Shown: piece after piece, positions 1 through 10,435 of the stretch | Layout of the letters: every line of letters begins with the position of its first letter | Numbering within the stretch: the first letter of the stretch is position 1 | Assembly: GCA_030141605.1 (NCBI GenBank) | Contig: JAQGDQ010000301.1 | Span: 124,001-188,000 of the forward strand | From: Tubiluchus corallicola | Lineage: Eukaryota; Animalia; Priapulida | Direction of reading: 5' to 3' | Length of the DNA: 64,000 nucleotides | Position numbers and translations under genes: made by a program | The notes under the pieces: model-generated | The model's database searches: none | Told to the model about the DNA's origin: nothing | The model's input: the letters and a program-made list of their open reading frames with translations, nothing else

Positions 1-736
1 AGGTAATACTGAATTAATGTTCATTGTTTCTTTTAGCTTTTACTTATATAGTGTCAAATCATATTTGCATTTGCTTGCTTGCACACTGTTGATAGTGTGA
101 ACATTGAATTTATGATATTAAGCATGTCAAGTCACATGTCATTGGCTTCTTTGTTTTATGGTTGTTAATACTGCATGTACTGCAAAAGTTGAGCAAAAAG
201 TAACTTCAAACTCTTGCAAAAACTGACTCACACAATACCTAAGTTCACATCTGCTTGTTAACTAAAATTTACAGAACTTGTTATGTTGCATTTTCTTTGA
301 CTCTGCTGGCATGTAGCTACATTAGGCTGTAGTTGGCAAGTAGTTTGCTGGACACTGTCCAAACACTTACCTCATTGTCAAGGACAAGCCTTTAAGACAA
401 GACCGTATATAAGCAAATTCTTTCTTAACAGGGCAATCAACCAGAATTAACATGATGAATGAAACCACCCATAAGGGGTATTAAACCCATAGGTTGCCCG
501 GGTTGTGAAACAGATATCATAACTAAAATTTTAATCTCTGAACTATGCATCTGGATTCTGGCCGTTTTAATTAAGTTATAAAAAAGCATAGCAGACTTAT
601 AGATTACATTTTTTACTTTTCCTAGTAGCTCATAAGTGGGTTCTATAAAAGTGAAAATGATTCTTGTCCTGTAGTGTTTCTGTGTTCTGCACATCATAAT
701 CATGAAATTAGTTGTTTACTGTTGAACGTTTTTTAG

Positions 737-2324
737 GCTGGAATGAGCTGCTGATTGCTGCCTTTTCACATCGCTCGATTGCTGTGAAGGATGGTATACT
801 GTTGTCCACTGGTCTTCATGTTCATCGAAGTAGTGCCCATAGTGCAGGAGTTGGCAGCATATTTGATCGTGTCTTGACCGAGTTGGTGGCAAAAATGAGA
901 GAAATGAGCATGGACAAAACCGAGTTAGGCTGTCTTCGTGCGATTATTCTCTTTAATCCGGGTATTTTTTTGCCTTTCTACACTGTACAGTTTTAAAGTT
1001 TCCATAGCTTTTACACAGAAATGAGTATATTTATAGTAAAGAATGTTGATGCGTGCAGTAATTCAACTAGCTGACATGGATTGTTCCCTATGTTTAGTTT
1101 TGTGCAACCGAATTATGAAATATTCTTATGGAAGAAACAACGATTTTTAAAACTGTACAAGAAACAAAATGAACACCCCATTCGGGGGACAACCTAGCAA
1201 TTCTTGGGTAATATCACACACTTCAACTATTCTAGCCTAAGTTAAACTATAACTAGCAGTGGGCTTCAAGGAGTACAGTTTGGAACGTCCTAAGGATTGA
1301 AGGTTCTGAAACCAAAGCACATGTACCATTTTATATGTTTTTAGAGAACTTGGTTGACAAATGACAAATTTTAGGTTTTCCAATGCTGTCACTGCTTTAA
1401 TTATGCTTAATAGGCAACTGAGCTTGTAAAACAAGCTAGTTTCAATTAGTTTTAGTTTCAGATGTCGGTTATTTTTGGCCTTTGTTGATAATGAAGCCTT
1501 CCTATTAGCTCCCGAAACTACAATAATGAGCATTCATTAAAAATATTATGCGGAAAATTGTTGTTCAGCTCATTAACACGAGAAGAATTTAAATTGAATA
1601 TAATGTTGCAATGATGCAGTTTTGTGATAATCTTCAGTTTTAAGTTGTAATGAGTAGAAGCAGAAAACAAGTTAAAAATGAAAGATCACAAAAAGTTTGT
1701 GTAATAGTTTATCTACTTCTTTAAAATGTTGCATAATGACAATGCTGTTACTGGAGTGAATCGTGTTAGAACATTTGCAAACGAAGCTGTGAGCTGTGTA
1801 CTTAATAAAATAATAATGGTCGGCTAGAGTTTTGATTAGCAATAATGTTTTGTAATTATGATAAATATGAATTTACATGGTGAGTTCATAAAAAAGCCAT
1901 GTATTACAAATGTATTTACAAATACATGTTCATCAAGCATCTATAATATTCCATCTTCTGTTGTTCAATTTTGCTCTAACTTTGGATACGCGTAGAAGAT
2001 AGCAGTGGAATACTGAAAGTAGTATTTAAATAATTTTAATAAATAATTTCCTATGTTTGCTTTATAGATGCTAAGAATTTGAAAAATGTTGCGCAAGTAG
2101 AGAAGCTACGAGAAATGGTTTATGCCTCTTTGGAGGAGTACTGCCGCACTAAATACCCAAATGAACCTGGACGGTTTGCCAAACTGTTGCTACGGTTACC
2201 GGCACTTCGAAGCATTGGCCTCAAGTGTCTTGAACATCTTTTCTTCTTCAAATTGATCGGTGACACACCCATCGACACATTTTTGATGGAGATGCTAGAA
2301 GCACCGCCACCTAATGATCCGTGA
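737..2324 (+). CDS. RXR: Retinoid X receptor, last two coding exons (ligand-binding domain C-terminal part); gene starts upstream of the window
   Basis: Exons 737-961 (ttttag|GCTGG..CCGG|gt) and 2068-2324 (tatag|AT GCT AAG..TGA), joined in phase 1. Positions 1-4 (ag|gt) look like the previous donor. Translation [91 protein letters not shown] is the canonical RXR LBD with the AF-2 helix. Confidence 0.97.
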
Positions 2325-3736
2325 TACCTTTAACTAGAGTGACCTGTTTGAAGTCAGTCATCTGTAGCAGAGAATAAGTATTATTGCTTTCAGTTATCAT
2401 GATATTGGTGATTAAAAACTTATTTACCTTCATCTGGTCATTTGTAAATATGAAGCCCGAGTTGCATATTATACTGCATTGCAGACATGATTATTTAGGA
2501 CTGGCTGTGCTTTGCAGCAATTAACAGTGTTTTTTGCAAGTGTTTTCGTTTATGAATTACTGATACAACTACGCAGTTGGAAATGGGGGATCATTTCTGT
2601 TCTCAGATTCACAAGTTTGTGGATAATATACATATACATATATATACACGTACATGTATATATGGCCTCTTGTGTCAAACCTGTTTATGCTTACTAGGTT
2701 AGCCAAAAATTTCTCTATGTTGTATCTACAGACAGCTGCATTTAGGTACATGCCATGTTAGGAGTGAATGGTCCACTTTGCTTTTTCTTATAATACAGAA
2801 GATTACCTAACAAAGTAAGTTGTTCATTTGGAAAAAACTAGGAGTTTGACGCTGGTTACCCAGTAATTAAAAAACAAGAACTTTTGCGGCTTGTTTTATT
2901 GCAAAATGAATTATTAATTATGCTATCATTATCCACAAAGCTTGCTTATAAAATGTGTTTAGGTAAAGTGAGTGTTGCAACTGAAATCATGATTTTTGTT
3001 GCAGAGATCAGCTACTTGCTGCAGATGTTGAAAATTATGAACTATACTTCTTACTAATACGTTATATTTCTCCCTGTTACTAAATATGAGATCTGAGACC
3101 CATTTCAAAAAAGATTTTTTTCAAGTATGTAAGTGCACAAGTGGACTAATGGCATCAATAGTAAAGAGAACTAGAAAGAAGGCAGTCGAGATCCATTATC
3201 AGTGTAGAGCGGACCAGTTTGTAGCTACTGTGAGAGCTTAAAATAACTTGGTGCTTATTTTCATGCAAAGAGAAAAAATGCTTTGCAGTCGGCCGTTAAC
3301 AAGATGACATGTTTTTGCGCTACACATTTTATTTCTTGTCTGCTGCATTCTAGAAATTGTTAGAATGGAGTGTGTTAATATAATAAAATTATTCATTCAG
3401 ACAATTGCGATTGAAATTGTCAGCATTGACACTACAATATACGTGTTTCTTATTTGGTTTTAGCAGAATGAGAGTTCCTGTGCTGAATATTACACATGTT
3501 TCAGTTCTGACAACTGTCATATACGACAAGCATTTAAAACTCTTGCCTAAAATCACATATTTTACCTAAATCACATCTTTCGATGCGTATGCTTGTTGTT
3601 GTCCCAGACAAAATTACTTGAACTTAAAAATCATTTGGCCTGGTTTTTTTATTTTATGTATAAGTACAACACATAACGTTACATAACGCATTAGCATTAG
3701 TGTATTGGCTGAATTTAATAATGTTACATGAAAGCC

Positions 3737-3742
3737 AATAAA
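3737..3742 (+). terminator. Candidate polyadenylation signal for RXR
   Basis: AATAAA followed by a GT-rich tract (tgtttgttacaacatttgtgttttgtagtgt); alternatives at 4804 and 4919. Confidence 0.4.
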
Positions 3743-5099
3743 ATTTTATTAGAGAAAATGTTTGTTACAACATTTGTGTTTTGTAGTGTATAGGCAGTTT
3801 AGTTTGACCTAGCGATTTAGTGATCTTTTATTAATCTTGTCATATCATCTGTACATATTGCCCACTTTTGAATATAATCGTTGTATCGTATGTTTGTTAC
3901 ACGTTGATAAAATAAGTTTTTAGTTTTACCGCCGTTTTTAAATGCTGGTGATATATTGATAAAATCATGTAAATATTATGTAGATAAGTAGCCGGTAGTT
4001 AAGATTTGTTTAGTATAGGTTATTTCTTTGTGTATTTTGTATCTGTGAGCATCAATTGATACATGTGATTTTGCCATAAGTTCTGTTATAACATTTCTGT
4101 TGGATTGCACGGAGAAGCGAAAACAGTGTATTTTTTGTTCTGACCTTCTGGCTTTCTAAGTTTTTTATTAAATCATCTCTGAATTTCACTTTTACTTATA
4201 GTCATCTTTGTTATTTAAAGTGTAGAACTAGGAACATTAAGCTGTTTAATATTAAAATCTAAATTAAAACCACTTTATATCTTTCTCTGCCATTGATGCT
4301 GCCTACTTAAAGAACCTAAGTTAATGTTAGATAGTACACTGTGTAGATGAATTAATGTAAAGGTATCAGAAAGTTCCAGCAGTTCAGAATTCATTACATT
4401 TTGTTTTTCTAAAAAGGCATCAAATTATCCTTTTTGAACATTAAGTGAAAATTGTTGTTATGGTTGTACATCATTGGACGGCAGTAGTACCATTACAGCT
4501 TGTTTTAACAAATTAATTTGACTACACTGTTGGTAGCTGCACTTATTTTTTATTTTGTTTGTATCTGTTTGTAACTCCAGGTTATCCTGCAAAAATTTAA
4601 GAAATGGTTTAAGTTCAAACCACGGGACTGGGACTCTTCGAAAATAAAATGATGATTTACAAAGGAAAAGTTTTTGTAAATTGGAATTTATGTGGAACCT
4701 CCTAGATTTTTTTAAAATCAATATAAATTTAATTTGACAAGGAAGTTGTCCTGGTTGTACGATTAAAGATTAGACTAGTTTAGTCATTTGATTACATTTT
4801 AGGAATAAAGCAGTCTCCATTCATAACGTTCTGACAACTTTGATTTTGTAATCTGGTGAAATATGGATTGGATTGTCATTTTGTTCTTGTGATTTTATTA
4901 AGATGTTTTCAGTTTGTCAATAAACTACAAAATTTCGCAAATGAAGATAATTTTATTGCATTTCTTGGGATATTTCTTATTTCTGTTAGATCAAGTGCAT
5001 TATAATTTATTTATAAAGCATTGGCTTTAAAGATTTTAGATGTTCCAGCCCTTGCTTGCTGTTTCCAATTTAATGTAAATTTTAGCCACAAATCCTACT

Positions 5100-5365
5100 G
5101 CGGGGCCTGAGAGTTGATTAAATCTTCGACTACTTTGACTTGAAAACATGATCACTCTTAAGGACATGGGAGTTGGGACTTAACTATGATTTAAAACTTG
5201 ACTCGCACTTGGCTATAAGGACTCGACTCTGCGTTGACTTGAGATGATTTGGAACTGATCATAATCACCCAAGAGTTTGACATGGAATTGGGTATAATAA
5301 CTAAATACTCGGCTCAGACTTGTGCACAATGACTTGAGACTTGAGTAGGACTCGTACCCAATGGC
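5100..5365. mobile_element. Degenerate non-autonomous element with GACTTG/GACTCG subrepeats (hAT-like MITE remnant)
   Basis: Many gacttg/gactcg motifs (acttgactcgcacttgg, gacttgagacttgagtaggactcg); termini not resolved. Confidence 0.35.
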
Positions 5366-6386
5366 TTAGGCTATTGCTGAAAGACTTAACTAAACATTAA
5401 TGCTGCTATCTCGCATTATCACATATTATAGTAAAAGTTGTGAGTAAGAAGACTTGTTTGGGTGGTAAATTTGTACAGTGTAATTGTTACAAAAAATAAG
5501 TGATTACACAGTGAATACGCTTTGTATTTTGAAATACTGTATCTTCCTATTATGATACTAGATACATTGTTACTAGTCTTACCATGTGTCTATAATGTTC
5601 AGAATTATAAGTAGGTGGTGGTGAAGTTTATTGGTCATCAGTATCTTTAACAGATATCATAAATGTGTATCACAATTGCCATTTATTTGTTGTTTATATA
5701 TGTGGGAGTGCATTTGTGGCTTTGGTACCAAAATAGTCACCATTACAATTTGGTGTTTCAGTACTCCAGGAACAGACAGATTGGTGTGGTTGGTTTAGTG
5801 CACCCTCTTGCCAACAAACAATACATTTGGTGTAATAGTTCATGTTATGTAGTGGGAATGATATGGTATAGCTTGACGGGTATAGGTTAATGAGTAGTAG
5901 TGTAACTGCTTCAATGCATCTGAATGGTTGTACAGTAGTTCAATACTACTACAGTCATGCCAACAATTTTGAAAGTGGCACACTGTGGGCTTGTTGTCTG
6001 CATGGTGCATAAAATTTTCAGAACTAAGGAAACTGTAATACTTTGTTAACTGCAGTCATAGTTTGTTATTCGTCATTTGGCTTGTATTCATTCACTGACA
6101 ACAGCTTAACAGCAGATTTATGGTATTTATTGAAATTAAAGGTAACTGTAAATAAAGGTAATTATCATTAAGCTGAAGAATTATTTGTAATGACTGGCGA
6201 TGACATTGGTTTCAATGAAGAATACTTGATTAAGCTGATCGTTATTGGTTAGTTGCTTGCAATACCACAGGTAGACAAATAGTGCCAAAGTAATTCAATA
6301 CTAAACAAATTTAATCAGGCCAAACAGTTTGCGCAGATGATGAAGCCAAATAGGACGATAGCTAGTCTCTTGTAGAAGATGTGTTA

Positions 6387-8276
6387 ATGCAAGTGGGTTG
6401 GCATGATAGAGTAGCAGTGCTTGCTTACCTTAACTACGTTGCAATAATGAGAACTACGAAAGATGTAAAATTTGCAGAGGCAAATATGCCACCAGATAAT
6501 CCATCTGTTAAGCATCGTATCCATGAGCTAATAGAGGAGAGCGCCTCACACACATATTGCCATGGCGCTTCTAAAGTGGTAAGGTCGAAGTCGCTAGTGA
6601 GAAAGATCATCTGGTTTCTACTGTTTTGCATTTCCTTGTTATGCTTTTCCGTAGAAATTGTAACTGTGTTGCGGCAGTTTTTTGCCTTTTCGACTGAAAT
6701 GAAAGTGACTTATGAATATCCACACACACTTGTGTATCCGGCTATGACATTCTGCAACACAAACCATTTCCAGTTGAATAAGCTGATAAACTACCTGGAA
6801 GAGGTGTTGCAAGATGGCGGTGATTACGCTAAATTTTATGACACAGTTTATAGACAAACACGAAGGTTTGAAGTTGGCCGTCATCCCTGGGCACATGAGT
6901 ACAATAACATGATGTTGTCTTGTCATCATTCAGATGACATGGGTAGTCGAAACTGCACCCTCGTACGGGAATTCCATTTACCATATCTAGGCTGCTGTTA
7001 CACAATTGTAATTTCAGCACCAAATTGCAAAGACAACCATCATCACAAAAATGGCGAATGCTTTGGAACTCCAGGAACTGTCAGCCAGGTAGGCGTTGGT
7101 AAAGGACACCCACTTTTGCTTAATATGGATGTGGAAATAGCAAAGTTTCAGGGATTTTTCAACATGGACCTGCTAAATTTCAGTACTCCAGGAATGGTTT
7201 TTTCTGTTCACCCTCCTCAATATGTACCTAGTTTGGAAGAATTCACGTTTTTTGAACCAGGTGCTATCGTGTGGGTTGAGCTTACTAATACCACACTCAA
7301 AAGGCTATCGGGTGAATATAAACCTACATCAACGTGTCTAACAGATAAAACAATTGCAGCAGAACAGAAGATTACTTGGTATAAATATTATGACTTGTAC
7401 TCTGCTGTGTTGGACACTGATTACTCTCAAGAGCATTGCACTGCAACATGTAAACAAAGATACGCATTACACCATTGTGGTTGTTACCTGGAAGACATTC
7501 CGATCACAGATGAATTTGTAGTGAAAAGTATAAACTTGTCATTAACCAGTGTAAGTCCTTGCTATGGCACCCTGAAAGCTGACCTTGACAAGTGCCTGTA
7601 CAGAGAAGACATGTCACAAGAACAGTTTCCATGCATTTGTTCAGAGACATGCCTAGTAAACAGATACTCTGTGAGATATGAAAGAATTCGACGAAGAAAA
7701 CATTTCAGTTTGAGTGCAATGGCAAAAGGCATAGCAGCCAATTTGGTGGTAACTCATTTTGAACAATATGGAGCAGTTAAAAAAACACTGAAAAGATTAA
7801 TAAGGAATTCTTTGAATGATAACTTTGTTGATGATAAACTGCCGTTCGACTCTCGAATATATAACCATTCTAGTTACAAATATTTTCAACGAGAATTGAA
7901 TGATGAAGTGGAGAACAAAATCAGCATTTATGTTTACCCGGAGACTCCATATTACATCAATGTGAAAGAGGTTTATTCTTATACCTTTGTCGAGTTTGGA
8001 GCTGATGTTGGTGGACTGGGAAGCCTCTATCTGGGCTTATCAATTCTTGCCATTTTTGAGTGGTTAGAGTTCATTATAGACGTCTTCTTGGTAGTTTTGC
8101 TAAGGGTACGCAGAGTGGGAACCACCGAAGAGCACCAACGAGAAAAGGAGGTGCAATCAATAAGGCTGAAGCTTCGGAACCGCATTAACTCAATAAGGAA
8201 TATCGGAATGATACCGGCAGAAAATTTAGCGACTTTGCCTCCACTACCCCGGCTTGGTGCCAAAGAATTATACTAA
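6387..8276 (+). CDS. DEG/ENaC (amiloride-sensitive sodium channel family) subunit, single coding exon, ~630 aa
   Basis: Uninterrupted ORF with pre-TM1 HG motif (TYCHGASKV), TM1 (RKIIWFLLFCISLLCF), YPAMTFCN, LGCCYT, Cys-rich thumb (YSQEHCTATCKQ..HCGC..CICSETC), and TM2 GADVGGLGSLYLGLSILAIFE with a GxS filter. The start could be the ATG at 6387, 6447 or 6486. Confidence 0.92.
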   Translation: MQVGWHDRVAVLAYLNYVAIMRTTKDVKFAEANMPPDNPSVKHRIHELIEESASHTYCHGASKVVRSKSLVRKIIWFLLFCISLLCFSVEIVTVLRQFFAFSTEMKVTYEYPHTLVYPAMTFCNTNHFQLNKLINYLEEVLQDGGDYAKFYDTVYRQTRRFEVGRHPWAHEYNNMMLSCHHSDDMGSRNCTLVREFHLPYLGCCYTIVISAPNCKDNHHHKNGECFGTPGTVSQVGVGKGHPLLLNMDVEIAKFQGFFNMDLLNFSTPGMVFSVHPPQYVPSLEEFTFFEPGAIVWVELTNTTLKRLSGEYKPTSTCLTDKTIAAEQKITWYKYYDLYSAVLDTDYSQEHCTATCKQRYALHHCGCYLEDIPITDEFVVKSINLSLTSVSPCYGTLKADLDKCLYREDMSQEQFPCICSETCLVNRYSVRYERIRRRKHFSLSAMAKGIAANLVVTHFEQYGAVKKTLKRLIRNSLNDNFVDDKLPFDSRIYNHSSYKYFQRELNDEVENKISIYVYPETPYYINVKEVYSYTFVEFGADVGGLGSLYLGLSILAIFEWLEFIIDVFLVVLLRVRRVGTTEEHQREKEVQSIRLKLRNRINSIRNIGMIPAENLATLPPLPRLGAKELY

Positions 8277-8982
8277 TATTGTTTCAGAGAAAAAATATAT
8301 TACTTCAGATTTATTTTAGATGTGTTTACCATACAAGATGTTGAGAGACCATGTTTATAAATGTAGGTGGTAGACGATTCGACGTGCATTTTTCAATGTT
8401 AGTAATTGTCCCAATCCAGTAACTAAAGCCCTGCTTGCTGTTCTAATTGGTCTAGAAATGCAACTTGTTTCTGGAGGTTTCCATAATTTTCAAGTACTGT
8501 CTCTCTGTCAAGATGCGAAACATCTGGCATAAAACAATCAATTACACAAGACATTCATTGACTTTTAATAACCACAAACTTGCTTATCTTGGAAGAATCT
8601 TGACCTGTGACACATATTCACGTGTTTTACTATGAAATGCAATGGACAGTGCATAACAACTAGTTGAAAAGTAATGGATAGTGCCCAAAAAGTAGTCAAG
8701 TCCACTCAAGGTCTTAAAATTTCAAATTTTCTATTAGTCATATCATATTGCATATGCTTCTCTGTACATACGAATACATGTAGTCAGTAATCTATTTTTA
8801 ATAATGCTAATTCATTTAGTCCCCAAAGATACATATTGCTTTATTTGATTGTTATTGTGGTATAATTTTTGTGGTTTGCACTAACGACTTATTGTCATGT
8901 GTGAATAATAGAATAGCAGACGTTGATAAAACTAAAGACAGAAAGCAGAAACACAGTCAAATAACAAGTTGCATTAAACAGT

Positions 8983-8988
8983 TTTATT
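8983..8988 (-). terminator. Candidate polyadenylation signal for GOLIM4
   Basis: AATAAA on the minus strand (tttatt on +), followed on the minus strand by a GT-rich tract. Confidence 0.45.
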
Positions 8989-9783
8989 TCATCTGCAAAA
9001 ATACAAACTGACACGTCTTTAACTAAAATAGCACTTATTTATAGCTCAGTAACAGTTTTAACCTATGTAGAACACGCAAATAAAAATATATACACGTAAA
9101 GTGATAATATTCAAAAACCTACTTGGCCAGCATTTCATTTTGAAAACTTAACTGACAAGCAAATACACGGGTATTCCTTATCCTGCTAAAAACAAAACTT
9201 TAATGACTAACGCTATCAAACAGTTAGCTTTACGAAACTGCACATCTCTGTTGCAGCATTTTTTCAGTGCACTAAATTAACAGAAAAATGTTTTAGTCAA
9301 TATGCTGTAAAAATATATACACTGCACTATCATTTGGAAAGCTATACAACACAGCCATACACGAGTTTAGTGAAATTTTATTGAGTACTATTAAGTAATA
9401 ACCTTTAAAACAGCTATAAACTTTATATACAAAAACTATTATGCAAATAGTATTACAAGCAATTTTATCAAACATGTGATTGTACAATGTACATTGTAAT
9501 AAAAACCTCTTATACTATATCACAGATAGTGGCACCATCACATGTTGAAAAGTAGAAGTGTTAATGTGAAACAAGACACGTTTTTTGAGAATGTGTCAAT
9601 TCATGCAGACATTACTGACGTGTTATTCTGTTTTTACCTGCAATTTCTATTGTAGGCAAAGAGCATTAGAGCTATGTAAAAACGTACAGTAGTGACCCTT
9701 CCGTTAGTAAATAAGTTCTTACAATAGCATTTATCCAATTATAGTAGATAAACCTGTAAGTCTTGGAAATGGCGACACTGAAC

Positions 9784-9942
9784 AGCAAAAAGATTCGCCA
9801 ATGAAGCTTTTGCAACCAGACCAGAATTATGGTTTTATGAAGGTGATAAAGCTAGTGAAATGAGCAAAAAGATTCGCCAATGAAGCTTTTGCAACCAGAC
9901 CAGAATTATGGTTTTATGAAGGTCATAAAGCTAGTGAAATGA
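9784..9942. repeat. Direct tandem duplication, 2 x 79 bp
   Basis: agcaaaaagattcgccaatgaagcttttgcaaccagaccagaattatggttttatgaaggt(g/c)ataaagctagtgaaatg occurs at 9784 and 9863 with one mismatch. Confidence 0.95.
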
Positions 9943-10214
9943 GTGTGAAAAAGAGGAGATAGAGTTTCAAAAAAATTTTTATGAAAAGCTGAGGGAAAAT
10001 CTAGACAAGAATAGATGAAACTAGAAATTTGATTGCTCCTGAAGACCCAGGATGTACAATGGGATCATAAATGCAAATTTAAATGAAATCAATGCAAACT
10101 GTAGATAGGTAATTGACTACAATTAAATAGTACATTGTAATACTTGTATAAGCCCAACATACAAGTACCACTATGTTTCATAATGCTGAACAAGAAAAAT
10201 GATATTTTCTGAGG

Positions 10215-10297
10215 TATGGGGGGAGGGCTTGCCCACCGAGGAGGAGGCGTAGAAAATACTTTTGCCTAGGGCGTCAAACTACCTAAAGCCAGCCCTG
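10215..10297. mobile_element. hAT-type MITE terminus fragment
   Basis: GC-rich patch ending ttgcctagggcgtcaaactacctaaagccagccctg; its reverse complement begins CAGGGCTGGCTTTAGG, a hAT-like TIR. The other end was not found. Confidence 0.35.
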
Positions 10298-10435
10298 ACG
10301 TAAAAAGTACTTACGAAACCTGAAAATTAATGACCGATTAGTCCTCTGTATTGTGTTTGTGTTTGACAATGTAATTAAAAAAAGAGAGTATTATCTCTCT
10401 ATCACAGTTTTGCATAAGCTGGCTTCGCTTACGAT

